NCBI RefSeq assembly: GCF_000195955.2
Contig: NC_000962.3
Coordinates: 510,001 to 542,000, forward strand
From: Mycobacterium tuberculosis H37Rv
GTDB taxonomy: Bacteria; Actinomycetota; Actinomycetes; Mycobacteriales; Mycobacteriaceae
Direction: 5' to 3'
DNA: 32,000 nt
The number at the start of each line of letters is the position of its first letter. Position 1 is the first letter of the stretch. Made by a program: the position numbers and the translations under genes. This document shows, in pieces, positions 8,733 to 20,295 of the stretch. The notes under the pieces were generated by a model. It did not search any database. It worked only from the letters and a program-made list of their open reading frames with translations, and was not told the DNA's origin.

Positions 8733-9041
8733 ATGGACAGCGCCATGGCGCGGGCAATTCGATCGGGGGACGACGCCGAGGTCGCCGATGGGCTGACCCG
8801 GCGCGAGCACGACATCCTGGCGTTCGAACGTCAGTGGTGGAAGTTTGCCGGTGTCAAGGAAGAAGCCATCAAAGAGTTGTTCTCCATGTCGGCGACGCGC
8901 TACTACCAAGTGCTCAATGCGCTGGTGGATCGGCCCGAGGCGCTGGCCGCCGACCCGATGCTGGTAAAGCGGTTGCGGCGGCTGCGCGCCAGTCGGCAGA
9001 AGGCGCGGGCCGCGCGACGCCTTGGCTTCGAGGTGACCTGA
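8733..9041 (+). CDS. DUF3263-like small protein (Rv0430-like, 102 aa)
   Basis: ATG 8733 is preceded by GGGGAAAG. The product reads MDSAMARAIRSGDDAEVADGLTRREHDILAFERQWWKFAGVKEEAIKELF...YYQVLNALVDRPEAL. The upstream part of the 170-aa ORF is Arg-rich and looks non-coding. Confidence 0.8.
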   Translation: MDSAMARAIRSGDDAEVADGLTRREHDILAFERQWWKFAGVKEEAIKELFSMSATRYYQVLNALVDRPEALAADPMLVKRLRRLRASRQKARAARRLGFEVT

Positions 9042-9072
9042 CACTCTCCCCGCTTTTGCCGGTTGTGTCCCG

Positions 9073-9567
9073 GTGCTGGTTACAGTGGGCTCGATGAATG
9101 AGCGTGTACCCGACTCTTCCGGGCTTCCCCTGCGGGCCATGGTGATGGTGCTGTTGTTTCTCGGCGTCGTCTTCCTGCTGCTCGTCTGGCAGGCACTGGG
9201 TTCGTCTCCGAACTCCGAGGACGACTCGTCAGCGATTTCCACCATGACCACCACCACTGCGGCGCCGACGTCGACCAGCGTTAAGCCCGCGGCGCCCCGG
9301 GCCGAGGTGCGCGTCTACAACATCTCAGGCACAGAAGGCGCCGCCGCGCGGACGGCCGATCGGCTCAAGGCGGCCGGTTTCACGGTCACCGACGTTGGGA
9401 ATCTATCGTTACCCGACGTCGCGGCGACCACGGTGTACTACACCGAAGTCGAAGGCGAACGGGCCACCGCCGACGCGGTAGGCCGGACGCTAGGAGCAGC
9501 GGTGGAGCTGCGACTGCCAGAGCTGTCCGACCAGCCGCCCGGGGTCATCGTCGTGGTGACCGGCTGA
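9073..9567 (+). CDS. virR: LytR_C-domain membrane protein, vesiculogenesis regulator VirR (Rv0431-like, 164 aa)
   Basis: The start is GTG 9073 (an alternative ATG lies at 9094). There is an N-terminal TM segment, AMVMVLLFLGVVFLLLVW. The C-terminal LytR_C-like region reads VRVYNISGTEGAAARTADRLKAAGFTVTDVGN...VVVVTG. Confidence 0.85.
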   Translation: MLVTVGSMNERVPDSSGLPLRAMVMVLLFLGVVFLLLVWQALGSSPNSEDDSSAISTMTTTTAAPTSTSVKPAAPRAEVRVYNISGTEGAAARTADRLKAAGFTVTDVGNLSLPDVAATTVYYTEVEGERATADAVGRTLGAAVELRLPELSDQPPGVIVVVTG

Positions 9568-9599
9568 CGCTGATTCGAACGCCAGGTTAGGCTCTCGCT

Positions 9600-10322
9600 A
9601 TGCCAAAGCCCGCCGATCACCGCAATCACGCAGCTGTCAGCACGTCGGTCCTGTCCGCGTTGTTTCTGGGCGCCGGTGCCGCGCTGCTGAGCGCATGCTC
9701 GTCGCCGCAGCACGCGTCTACAGTTCCGGGTACCACGCCGTCGATTTGGACCGGATCGCCCGCGCCGTCGGGACTTTCGGGTCACGACGAGGAGTCGCCC
9801 GGTGCGCAGAGCCTGACCAGTACCCTGACGGCGCCCGACGGCACGAAGGTAGCGACCGCGAAGTTCGAGTTCGCCAACGGCTATGCCACCGTCACGATCG
9901 CGACGACCGGCGTCGGTAAGCTCACGCCCGGCTTCCACGGCCTACACATCCACCAGGTGGGTAAGTGTGAGCCCAACTCGGTTGCCCCCACCGGCGGTGC
10001 GCCCGGCAACTTTCTGTCCGCCGGCGGCCACTACCACGTGCCAGGGCATACCGGCACCCCCGCCAGCGGCGACCTGGCCTCGCTGCAGGTACGCGGTGAC
10101 GGTTCGGCGATGCTGGTGACCACCACCGACGCCTTCACCATGGACGACCTGCTGAGCGGCGCGAAAACCGCGATCATCATTCACGCCGGCGCCGACAACT
10201 TTGCCAACATTCCGCCAGAACGCTACGTCCAGGTCAATGGGACTCCGGGTCCCGACGAGACGACGTTGACCACCGGCGACGCCGGCAAGCGGGTGGCGTG
10301 CGGTGTCATTGGTTCCGGCTAG
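9600..10322 (+). CDS. sodC: Periplasmic/lipoprotein Cu,Zn-type superoxide dismutase, 240 aa
   Basis: The lipobox is LLSAC|SS. Copper-site motifs are [22 protein letters not shown] and IIIHAGADN. Confidence 0.95.
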
Positions 10323-10323
10323 C

Positions 10324-11454
10324 TTGCCTGCCCGCAGGTCGGCCGCCCGAATTGATTTCGCAGGCTCACCGCGGCCCACCCTCGGTGTGGAGTGGGAGTT
10401 CGCGCTCGTTGACTCGCAGACCCGCGATCTGAGCAATGAAGCCACCGCGGTTATCGCCGAAATCGGCGAAAACCCGCGGGTCCACAAGGAATTGCTGCGC
10501 AACACCGTAGAGATTGTCAGCGGTATCTGCGAATGTACCGCCGAGGCAATGCAGGATCTGCGCGATACCCTGGGCCCCGCCCGTCAGATCGTGCGCGACC
10601 GCGGGATGGAGCTGTTCTGCGCGGGTACCCACCCCTTCGCGCGGTGGTCGGCCCAGAAGCTCACCGACGCGCCGCGGTACGCGGAGCTGATCAAACGCAC
10701 CCAGTGGTGGGGCCGGCAGATGCTGATCTGGGGTGTACACGTGCATGTCGGGATTCGCTCGGCGCACAAAGTGATGCCGATCATGACGTCGCTGCTCAAC
10801 TACTACCCGCATCTGTTGGCGCTCTCGGCCTCATCACCCTGGTGGGGTGGCGAAGACACCGGGTATGCCAGCAACCGGGCGATGATGTTCCAGCAGTTGC
10901 CCACCGCCGGGCTGCCGTTTCACTTTCAGAGGTGGGCGGAGTTCGAAGGTTTCGTGTACGACCAGAAGAAGACCGGCATCATCGACCATATGGACGAAAT
11001 CCGTTGGGATATAAGACCCTCACCCCATCTGGGCACCCTGGAGGTGCGGATCTGCGATGGCGTGTCCAACCTACGAGAGCTCGGCGCGCTGGTCGCGCTG
11101 ACGCATTGCCTGATCGTCGATCTGGACCGCCGCTTGGACGCCGGCGAAACGCTACCGACCATGCCTCCCTGGCACGTCCAGGAGAACAAGTGGCGTGCCG
11201 CCCGCTACGGCCTGGACGCGGTGATCATCTTGGACGCCGACAGCAACGAACGGCTGGTTACCGATGACCTCGCGGATGTGCTGACCCGGCTGGAGCCGGT
11301 CGCCAAGTCGCTGAACTGTGCCGACGAGCTTGCCGCGGTCTCCGATATCTACCGCGATGGCGCCTCCTACCAGCGGCAGCTGCGAGTGGCGCAGCAGCAT
11401 GACGGCGATTTGCGCGCGGTAGTTGACGCGCTGGTTGCCGAGCTGGTGATTTAG
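10324..11454 (+). CDS. Carboxylate-amine ligase, glutamate-cysteine ligase family 2 (YbdK-like; Rv0433-like)
   Basis: The TLGVEWEFALVD N-terminal signature and overall length fit GCS2. The start is uncertain: TTG 10324 lies directly after the sodC stop and gives 376 aa, while GTG 10303 would overlap sodC by 20 nt. Confidence 0.85.
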   Translation: MPARRSAARIDFAGSPRPTLGVEWEFALVDSQTRDLSNEATAVIAEIGENPRVHKELLRNTVEIVSGICECTAEAMQDLRDTLGPARQIVRDRGMELFCAGTHPFARWSAQKLTDAPRYAELIKRTQWWGRQMLIWGVHVHVGIRSAHKVMPIMTSLLNYYPHLLALSASSPWWGGEDTGYASNRAMMFQQLPTAGLPFHFQRWAEFEGFVYDQKKTGIIDHMDEIRWDIRPSPHLGTLEVRICDGVSNLRELGALVALTHCLIVDLDRRLDAGETLPTMPPWHVQENKWRAARYGLDAVIILDADSNERLVTDDLADVLTRLEPVAKSLNCADELAAVSDIYRDGASYQRQLRVAQQHDGDLRAVVDALVAELVI

Positions 11455-11513
11455 CCGATGCGGGCTGGCTGAGTGTGACGTCCGCCAGCCGCGAGGAGAT
11501 TGAGGTTTAGGTG

Positions 11514-12167
11514 ATGGCCGATTTCGCGCCGGTTGAGTTGGCGATGTTCCCGCTCGAGTCGGCGCCGCTGCCCGACGAAGATCTGCCGTTGCACATCTTT
11601 GAGCCCCGCTACGCGGCGCTGGTCCGTGACTGCATGGACACCGCGGATCCTCGCTTCGGTGTTGTACTGATCTCGCGTGGCCGCGAGGTCGGCGGCGGCG
11701 ATACGCGATGTGATGTCGGGACGCTGGCCAGGATCACCGAATGCGCGGACGCGGGTTCGGGTCGCTATATGCTGCGCTGCCGGGTGGGCGAACGGATCCG
11801 GGTGTGCGACTGGCTGCCCGACGATCCGTACCCGCGTGCGAAGGTACGGTTCTGGCCCGACCAGCCGGGGCACCCAGTGACGGCTGCCCAGCTGCTGGAA
11901 GTCGAAGACCGGGTTGTGGCGCTATTCGAGCGGATCGCTGCCGCCCGGGGAGTTCGGCTGCCGGCCCGTGAGGTGGTATTGGGCTACCCGGTGGTTGACC
12001 CAGCCGATACCGGGCAGCGTCTGTACGCGCTGGCATGTCGAGTGCCGATGGGCCCGGCCGATCGGTACGCCGTGCTGGCGACGCCGTCGGCGGCCGATCG
12101 ATTGGTCCGCTTGGGTGACGCGCTGGACTCGGTGGCCGCGATGGTGGAGTTCGAGTTGTCGACGTAA
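11514..12167 (+). CDS. LON N-terminal (substrate-binding) domain protein (Rv0434-like, 217 aa)
   Basis: LAMFPLESAPLPDEDLPLHIFEPRYAALVRDC is the typical LON_substr_bdg N-terminus. Candidate starts GTG 11511 and ATG 11514 are adjacent. Confidence 0.8.
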   Translation: MADFAPVELAMFPLESAPLPDEDLPLHIFEPRYAALVRDCMDTADPRFGVVLISRGREVGGGDTRCDVGTLARITECADAGSGRYMLRCRVGERIRVCDWLPDDPYPRAKVRFWPDQPGHPVTAAQLLEVEDRVVALFERIAAARGVRLPAREVVLGYPVVDPADTGQRLYALACRVPMGPADRYAVLATPSAADRLVRLGDALDSVAAMVEFELST

Positions 12168-12346
12168 CTGCCCTACGCGGTGCGTCTGACCCACTGGGCC
12201 TGAACCACATTCACTGCGCCGAGCACCATATACGGACCCGTCACCGCCGGCAAGCGCATCCGGGTGCGGAACCGGCTCGACAATGGTCAACGCCTTCGCA
12301 CCATTGCCGACCAGTACCCGCAATTGCTCGACTTCATCAGTGGTCG

Positions 12347-14533
12347 CTAGGACCGAAGGTCACCCTTGGTGCCGAACTTACGCAGCGACGCCACCTGCAG
12401 CGGATCCAGCGACGCGCGCACGGTTTCTCGCGCGGTCGCCAGGTCGGCGGCGGTGACGTTGGCGGCATCGATGGAACGCCGCATCGCGGTAAGCGCGGCT
12501 TCGCGCAGCAGCGCCACACAGTCGGCGGCACTATAACCGTCGAGTCCGGCTGCCACCTCGTCCAGGTCGACGTCGGAGCTCAGCGGGATCGACTTGCCAG
12601 CGGTGCGCAGGATTTCGCGGCGAGCGGCAGCGTCGGGCGGTTCAACGAACACCAGCCGTTCTAGCCGCCCCGGGCGCAGCAGCGCCGGGTCTATCAGATC
12701 GGGCCGGTTGGTCGCGCCTAGCATGACGACATCCCGCAGCGGGTCAATACCGTCGAGCTCAGTCAGCAGCGCGGCCACCACCCGGTCGGAGACGCCCGAG
12801 TCGAAGCTCTGACCGCGCCGTGGCGCCAGAGCGTCCAGCTCGTCGAGGAACACCAGTGACGGCGCGGAGTCGCGGGCCCGCCGGAATAGCTCGCGGACTG
12901 CCTTCTCCGAGGAGCCCACCCACTTGTCCATCAGCTCCGACCCTTTGACGGCATGCACGCTCAACTGTCCGGTGCTGGCCAGGGCACGAACCACAAAGGT
13001 CTTGCCGCAGCCGGGCGGGCCGTACAGCAACACCCCGCGCGGCGGTTCGACACCTAGCCGAGCGAAGGTGTCGGGGTGCTGCAGCGGCCACAGCACCGCC
13101 TCGGTCAGTGCTTGTTTGGCCGCGGCCATGTCACCGACATCGTCGAGCGTCACGTCACCCACGGTGACTTCGTCGCTGGCCGAGCGGGACAGCGGCCGGA
13201 TGACGGTCAACGCACCGAGGAGGTCGTCTTGGTGCAGCATCGGTGGTCGGCCGTCGGCACTGGCTCGAGACGCTGCCCGCAGCGCCGCCTCGCGAACCAG
13301 CGCAGCCAGGTCGGCCACGACGAAACCCGGTGTGCGGGAGGCGATTTCGTCGAGGTTGAGGTCTCCGGTAGGAACCGGATTCAGCAGCGCCTCCAGCAGC
13401 GATTTGCGGGTGGCCGCGTCGGGCAGCGGCAGGCCAAGCTCCCGGTCGCACAACTCGGGGGAACGCAGCCGGGCATCGAGTTGATCGGGCCGTGCTGAGG
13501 TGGCGATCAATACCACACCGGCGGTGGCCACCGCGGTACGCAGCTCGGACAGGATCAGCGAGGCTACCGGCTCGGCGGCGGCTGGCAGCAGGGCGTCGGC
13601 ATCGGTGATCAGCAACACACCGCCCTCATGGCGAACCGCCTGCACTGCCGAGGCCACGGCTTTGACCCGGTCTCCGGCGGCCAGAGCTCCAATCTCCGGA
13701 CCATCCAGTGTCACCAACCTTCGGCCGTCGCACACCGCGCGCACCAGCGTCGCCTTGCCCACCCCGGCCGGACCCGACACCAGCACACCCAAATTGGTGC
13801 CGGCGCCCAAGGTCTGTAGTAGGTGCGGCTCATCGAGGGCAAGCTTGAGCCATTCGGTGAGCTTGGCAGCCTGCGGCTGGGCGCCCTTGAGCTCTTCGAT
13901 CTGGATCTCCGGACTCGAGATGCTCACTTGCCCGGCCGTGGACGTACCCATTGCGGCCGGGACCCCAGCGCCCCAGGTGACCAGCGAGTTGGGCTGCACG
14001 CTGACCGGCCCGTCGGGGTCGACGCCGGTAACGGTCAGCAGCTCCGAGGTCCAACTGATCCCGACCGCAGCTGCCAATGCGCGGCTGGCAGCCGACGTGG
14101 ATGTGCCGGGGCCTAGATCGCGGGGCAGCAGCGAGACCGCGTCACCGACGGTCATCACCTTGCCGAGTAGGGCCTGCCGCAGCGTGACCGGCGGCACCGA
14201 CTGGGTGGCCAGCGTTGAACCGCTCAGCGTCACCGATCGCGCTCCGTAGACGGTGACCGGGCTGACGATCACCTCGGTGCCTTCGCGAAGGCCCGCATTG
14301 GACAGTGTGACGTCATCGAGCAGCACCGTCCCGACCGCGGTGTCTGCCGCGGCCAGGCCGGCGACCGCGGCGGTTGTCCGAGAGCCGGTCAGCGACACCG
14401 CGTCCCACTCGCGGATGCCAAGGGCAGCAATGGCATTGGGGTGCAACCGAACGACGCCGCGGCGTGAGTCGACGGCCGAGGTGTTCAGCCGGGCGGTAAG
14501 GGTGAGTTGGCGGGCCGGGTCCGGGTGGGTCAC
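12347..14533 (-). CDS. Two-ring AAA+ ATPase of the Cdc48/p97 type (Rv0435c-like, 728 aa)
   Basis: The N-terminus is CDC48_N-like (GVVRLHPNAIAALGIREWDAVSLTG). D1 has Walker A GPAGVGKAT, and D2 has Walker A GPPGCGKTF and Walker B LVFLDELDAL. GTG 14533..14531 overlaps the pssA stop (14530..14532) as GTGA. Confidence 0.9.
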   Translation of the reverse strand: MTHPDPARQLTLTARLNTSAVDSRRGVVRLHPNAIAALGIREWDAVSLTGSRTTAAVAGLAAADTAVGTVLLDDVTLSNAGLREGTEVIVSPVTVYGARSVTLSGSTLATQSVPPVTLRQALLGKVMTVGDAVSLLPRDLGPGTSTSAASRALAAAVGISWTSELLTVTGVDPDGPVSVQPNSLVTWGAGVPAAMGTSTAGQVSISSPEIQIEELKGAQPQAAKLTEWLKLALDEPHLLQTLGAGTNLGVLVSGPAGVGKATLVRAVCDGRRLVTLDGPEIGALAAGDRVKAVASAVQAVRHEGGVLLITDADALLPAAAEPVASLILSELRTAVATAGVVLIATSARPDQLDARLRSPELCDRELGLPLPDAATRKSLLEALLNPVPTGDLNLDEIASRTPGFVVADLAALVREAALRAASRASADGRPPMLHQDDLLGALTVIRPLSRSASDEVTVGDVTLDDVGDMAAAKQALTEAVLWPLQHPDTFARLGVEPPRGVLLYGPPGCGKTFVVRALASTGQLSVHAVKGSELMDKWVGSSEKAVRELFRRARDSAPSLVFLDELDALAPRRGQSFDSGVSDRVVAALLTELDGIDPLRDVVMLGATNRPDLIDPALLRPGRLERLVFVEPPDAAARREILRTAGKSIPLSSDVDLDEVAAGLDGYSAADCVALLREAALTAMRRSIDAANVTAADLATARETVRASLDPLQVASLRKFGTKGDLRS

Positions 14534-15390
14534 AGCCGTCGACCCGGCTTGCGCAGGCCCAGCCGCGCCATCGACGGCCGGTAGGGATGCGCCCGGCGGC
14601 TCGCGCGCCGCACCGCGCGCCGTTGCTTGGGCTTGTCGTCCCACACCTCAGGGTGTTGGGCAAGCCAGCGCTGGCTGCGCACCGCGAAAGGAATATGGCA
14701 CATGTAGGCGATGATGATCACCCAGATCAACAAGTAGGGGGCCAGGACTGCGGCCGCCGCGCAGATAGCCAGCACCGCCAGCAGGGCGGCCGCGTAGTTG
14801 GGTGGTACCGACACGGCGTGCATCTTTTTCATCGGGATCCCGCTGACCAAGAGTATCGACGTTCCCGTCACCCAAAAGCTGAGGAACCAGCCCGAGGTCC
14901 ACCATCCTTCGCCGAACTGCATTTTGAGGGCTAGCAGGCCGATCATGGAAACCGCGCCCGCCGGCGCGGGCATTCCGACGAAGAATTCATGCGCGTAGGC
15001 GGGCTGGGTTCCGTCGTCCTGCAGTGCGTTGTACCGCGCCAGCCGTAATACCACGCACACCGCGTAGAGCAGCACGACCACCCAACCGACCGGCCACTTC
15101 GACAACATCGACACGTAAAGCACCAGCGCGGGTGTCACTCCGAAGTTCACCGCGTCGGCCAGTGAGTCGATCTCTGCGCCCATCCGCGACTGGGCATCCA
15201 GGATGCGGGCCACCCGGCCGTCGAGCCCGTCGAGGATGGCCGCTGCGGCGATCAGTGCCATCGCGGCCTTCGGCTGGTGCTCGAGCGCAAACTTGATTGC
15301 GGTCAGTCCCGCGCAAATGGACAGCACCGTCATCGCGCTGGGCAGTATCTGCAGGTTTACCCCTCGCCTGCCGCGGGGCTTTCCGATCAT
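14530..15390 (-). CDS. pssA: CDP-diacylglycerol--serine O-phosphatidyltransferase, 286 aa
   Basis: The CDP-alcohol phosphatidyltransferase motif is DGLDGRVAR...[11 protein letters not shown], and the protein has multiple TM segments. ATG 15390 overlaps the psd stop as ATGA. An alternative ATG lies at 15396. Confidence 0.93.
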   Translation of the reverse strand: MIGKPRGRRGVNLQILPSAMTVLSICAGLTAIKFALEHQPKAAMALIAAAAILDGLDGRVARILDAQSRMGAEIDSLADAVNFGVTPALVLYVSMLSKWPVGWVVVLLYAVCVVLRLARYNALQDDGTQPAYAHEFFVGMPAPAGAVSMIGLLALKMQFGEGWWTSGWFLSFWVTGTSILLVSGIPMKKMHAVSVPPNYAAALLAVLAICAAAAVLAPYLLIWVIIIAYMCHIPFAVRSQRWLAQHPEVWDDKPKQRRAVRRASRRAHPYRPSMARLGLRKPGRRL

Positions 15391-16082
15391 CGACATTCGG
15401 CCAGCACGGTCTCGCCGGCGACCGCGCGCTGGCCGACGTTGACGATCGGCTCTGCGCCCGCTGGCAGGTAGGTATCCAGCCGGGAGCCGAACCGGATCAG
15501 GCCGTAGGTGTCACCGATGGCCAGCTTGTCTCCGACGTGTGCGTCGCACACAATGCGGCGCGCCACCAGCCCGGCGATCTGCACCGCGACCACCTCGGCG
15601 CCGTTGGGCATGCGGATCCGCACACTGGTGCGCTCGTTGTCGTCGCTCGCCTCCGGTAGGTCGGCCGACCCGAACCGGCCCGGCCGGTGTTGCACGGCGA
15701 TCACTTCCCCGCTCACCGGGGCACGTTGCACGTGGGCGTCCAATATCGACAGGAAGATGCTGACTCGCGGTAACGGCGTGTCACCCATGCTGAGTTCGGC
15801 CGGTGGGGCCGCTGAGTCGATCGCGCAGATCACGCCGTCGGCGGGCGCGACAATGGCAGCCGGCCTGGTGGGCGGTACCCGCTGCGGGTGCCGGAAGAAG
15901 CCCGCGCAGGCAGCGGCCGCCAGCAGACCCGTGCCGCGCAACCACCGGTAGCGGTGTCCGACGGCCGCAATCGCAAGGCCGGCGGCAATGAACGGCCGCC
16001 CGGCCGGATGAACCGGTGGAACGGCGGACCGCACCAGGGCGAGCAGATGTTGCGGGCCGTCGGGGCGGGGGCGTCTGGCCAC
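15387..16082 (-). CDS. psd: Phosphatidylserine decarboxylase proenzyme, 231 aa
   Basis: The sequence shows short-type PSD family similarity. A self-cleavage Gly-Ser is present in LIRFGSRLD. Confidence 0.92.
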   Translation of the reverse strand: MARRPRPDGPQHLLALVRSAVPPVHPAGRPFIAAGLAIAAVGHRYRWLRGTGLLAAAACAGFFRHPQRVPPTRPAAIVAPADGVICAIDSAAPPAELSMGDTPLPRVSIFLSILDAHVQRAPVSGEVIAVQHRPGRFGSADLPEASDDNERTSVRIRMPNGAEVVAVQIAGLVARRIVCDAHVGDKLAIGDTYGLIRFGSRLDTYLPAGAEPIVNVGQRAVAGETVLAECR

Positions 16083-16142
16083 GGGGTCATCTTACGGAGC
16101 TTCGTGCCGCAGGTTGGGTGCACGGCACTAGGATCGGTCCGG

Positions 16143-17360
16143 TTAGGTCAAGTCCCAGACTTGCAGCTGCGTTCCGGCAGCCACCTCCACGACGTCCTCC
16201 GGGATGTCCAGAAGTCCGTTGGCCGATGCCAACCAACGCAAATGGTGCGACGCCGGTGGGCCGTAGCTGATGACCGTGCCTGCCTGGTGATCGAGTATTG
16301 CGCGTCGGAACTGACGTTTGCCGCGCGGCGATGTCAGGCTCGCGGTGAGTACCGCGCTTCGGTGCGGCCGGTACGGATCCGGCAGGCCCATGGCCATGCG
16401 CAGCGGGGGACGGATGAACACCTCGAAGGACACCAGCGCGCTGACCGGGTTGCCGGGAAGGGTGACGATCGGCGTACCTGCCACCCGCCCGACGCCCTGG
16501 GGCATTCCGGGTTGCATCGCCACCTTGACGAATTCGACACCGTGGTCGCCTCCCCGGTAGTCAGCGCTGCCGAACGCGTCTTTGACCACCTCGTAGGCTC
16601 CGGCACTGACACCGCCGCTGGTGATGATCAGGTCGGCGTCCACCGCGTACCGGTCAAGGATCGCGCCGAACTGCGCGACGTCGTCGCCGGCGGTTGCGGT
16701 GGCGACCACAGCGGCGCCCGCATCGCGGACGGCAGCGGCCAGCATGATCGAGTTGGACTCGTAGATCTGACCCGGTTGTAGGGGCGTGCCTGGCGACGCC
16801 AGCTCCGACCCTGTGGAGATCACCAGCACCCGCTGACGGGGGAGCACCGGCAGCTCGGCCAAACCCAGCGCGGCGGCCAGGCCGAGCACCGCCGGGGTCA
16901 CGATCTGGCCGTTGTGCAGCACCGTGGTACCGGCGGCGACGTCTTCGCCCGACCGTCGGATGTGCTTGCCTGGGGTGGCCTGTTGGCGGATCGCCACCGA
17001 ATCGACGCCGCCGTCGGTGGCTTCGACCGGCACGATCGCCGTCGCACCGGTGGGCACTGGCGCACCGGTCATGATCCGGTGCGCAGTCACAGGCTGCAGC
17101 GTCAGCATGTCGGCGCGCCCGGCGGGAATGTCCTCGGCGACCGGCAACATCACCGGATTTTGCGGTGTGGCACCTGAGGTGTCTTCGGCGCGCACCGCAT
17201 AGCCATCCATTGCGGAGTTGTCGAAAACCGGCAGCGACAGCGGTGCGACCACGTCGCCGCCCAGGACCAGACCTTGAGCCTGGGTCAGCGGAACCGTAAT
17301 CGGGCGACAGGCGCGCATCATCTCCGCTACGACACGTTGATGCTCCTGGACTGACCGCAC
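16143..17360 (-). CDS. moeA2: Molybdopterin molybdenumtransferase MoeA paralogue, 405 aa
   Basis: The protein has the MoeA N/linker domain (FDNSAMDGYAV) and a MoCF_biosynth domain (VLVISTGSEL...DLIITSGGVS). Confidence 0.92.
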   Translation of the reverse strand: MRSVQEHQRVVAEMMRACRPITVPLTQAQGLVLGGDVVAPLSLPVFDNSAMDGYAVRAEDTSGATPQNPVMLPVAEDIPAGRADMLTLQPVTAHRIMTGAPVPTGATAIVPVEATDGGVDSVAIRQQATPGKHIRRSGEDVAAGTTVLHNGQIVTPAVLGLAAALGLAELPVLPRQRVLVISTGSELASPGTPLQPGQIYESNSIMLAAAVRDAGAAVVATATAGDDVAQFGAILDRYAVDADLIITSGGVSAGAYEVVKDAFGSADYRGGDHGVEFVKVAMQPGMPQGVGRVAGTPIVTLPGNPVSALVSFEVFIRPPLRMAMGLPDPYRPHRSAVLTASLTSPRGKRQFRRAILDHQAGTVISYGPPASHHLRWLASANGLLDIPEDVVEVAAGTQLQVWDLT

Positions 17361-17378
17361 CCGGCCATTATCGGTCGT

Positions 17379-18314
17379 TCAGACTCCGAAGCTGACGCCG
17401 GTGAGTTCTTCGGAGACGGTCCAGAGGCGGCGCTGCAGATCTTTGTCGTGGGACTGCGCGCTGGATTGGACCACCTTCGGGTGACCGCGCTGCTCGCCGA
17501 ACCCGTCCGGGCCGTAGTATTGCCCGCCCTGCGTGGTCGGATCGGTGGCGGCACGCAGTGTTGGCAGGGCGCCCATCTCTGGGCTTTGGAAAAGCAACGG
17601 CCCGAGCACGGTAGCGACGGGCCGGATAAGTCGCGGCAGGTTGCGAGTCAGCTCGGTGTTGGAGCCGCCAGGGTGAGCGGCGACGGCGATGGTGGATTTG
17701 CCCGCTTCGCCCAGCCGGCGTTGCAGCTCGTAGGTGAACAGCAGATTAGCCAGTTTGGCTTGTCCGTAGGCGGCGACGCGGTTGTAACGGCGTTCCCACT
17801 GCAAGTCGTCGAAGTGGATGGCAGCGTGAATCCGGTGGCCCTGGCTGCTGACGGTCACCACCCGCGAACCGGGTACCGGCAGCATGTGGTCGAGTACCAG
17901 TCCGGTTAGTGCGAAATGACCGAGATGGTTGGTACCGAACTGCAGCTCGAAACCGTCCTTGGTGACCTGCTTCGGCGTCCACATCACGCCGGCGTTATTG
18001 ATTAGCACGTCGATGCGCGGATAGGCCGTGCGTAACGCGTCGGCGGCTGCGCGCACCGAGTCCAGCGAGCACAGATCGAGTTGCTGCAGCGTGACGTGGG
18101 CGCCTGGGCGGGCGGCCATGATGCGGGCCCGGGCGGCGTTGCCCTTCTCGAGATTGCGGACGGCCAACACTACGTGTGCACCGCGGTCGGCAAACACGGC
18201 GGCGGTGTGGTAGCCGATGCCGGTGTTGGCGCCGGTGACCACAACGACGCGCCCGCTTTGATCGGGGACGTCTGCGGCCGACCATTTACGGGTCTTGTTG
18301 TCGTTGGCGGTCAT
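17379..18314 (-). CDS. Short-chain dehydrogenase/reductase (Rv0439c-like, 311 aa)
   Basis: The cofactor motif is VVVTGANTGIGYHTA and the catalytic motif is YGQAK (YxxxK). The chosen start is ATG 18314. The longer ORF to 18395 runs into the groEL2 operator region. Confidence 0.88.
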   Translation of the reverse strand: MTANDNKTRKWSAADVPDQSGRVVVVTGANTGIGYHTAAVFADRGAHVVLAVRNLEKGNAARARIMAARPGAHVTLQQLDLCSLDSVRAAADALRTAYPRIDVLINNAGVMWTPKQVTKDGFELQFGTNHLGHFALTGLVLDHMLPVPGSRVVTVSSQGHRIHAAIHFDDLQWERRYNRVAAYGQAKLANLLFTYELQRRLGEAGKSTIAVAAHPGGSNTELTRNLPRLIRPVATVLGPLLFQSPEMGALPTLRAATDPTTQGGQYYGPDGFGEQRGHPKVVQSSAQSHDKDLQRRLWTVSEELTGVSFGV

Positions 18315-18388
18315 GGGCCGAACATACTCACCCGGATCGGAGGGCCGAGGACACGGTCGAACGAGGGGCATGACCCGGTGCGGGGCTT

Positions 18389-18415
18389 CTTGCACTCGGC
18401 ATAGGCGAGTGCTAA
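18389..18415. promoter_or_regulatory. CIRCE operator (HrcA site), copy 1
   Basis: cTTGCACTC-ggcataggc-GAGTGCTAA matches the consensus TTAGCACTC-N9-GAGTGCTAA. It lies about 190 nt upstream of the groEL2 ATG. Confidence 0.9.
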
Positions 18416-18423
18416 GAATAACG

Positions 18424-18450
18424 TTGGCACTCGCGACCGGTGAGTGCTAG
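18424..18450. promoter_or_regulatory. CIRCE operator (HrcA site), copy 2
   Basis: TTGGCACTC-gcgaccggt-GAGTGCTAg lies 8 nt after copy 1. Confidence 0.9.
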
Positions 18451-18547
18451 GTCGGGACGGTGAGGCCAGGCCCGTCGTCGCAGCGAGTGGCAGCGAGGAC
18501 AACTTGAGCCGTCCGTCGCGGGCACTGCGCCCGGCCAGCGTAAGTAG

Positions 18548-20230
<1,683 letters not shown>

Positions 20231-20251
20231 CCCCGGCGAGAAGTCGCAGCG

Positions 20252-20284
20252 AGGAGCCCGGTCCCTTTGTGGGGCCGGGCTCCT
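20252..20284. terminator. Strong hairpin between the convergent genes groEL2 and the Rv0441c-like gene; probable bidirectional intrinsic terminator
   Basis: AGGAGCCCGGTCCC-tttgt-GGGGCCGGGCTCCT forms a 14-bp stem (13 Watson-Crick pairs plus one G-U) with a 5-nt loop. It starts 22 nt after the groEL2 stop. There is no U-tract on either strand, which is common in mycobacteria. Confidence 0.7.
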
Positions 20285-20295
20285 CTGGTTGGGAG

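Noticed and set aside
9584-9593. AGGTTAGGCT just upstream of sodC, which resembles half of an IdeR iron box
   Set aside because: Only one half-site matches. The second half (CTCGCTA) does not match AACCTAA, so the evidence is insufficient for a regulator site.
11922-12323. A 133-aa minus-strand ORF partly filling the convergent gap between the LON-domain gene and the AAA+ gene
   Set aside because: Two-thirds of it is antisense to the LON-domain gene. It is Arg/Gly-rich with no domain signature, and I found no supporting SD or start context.
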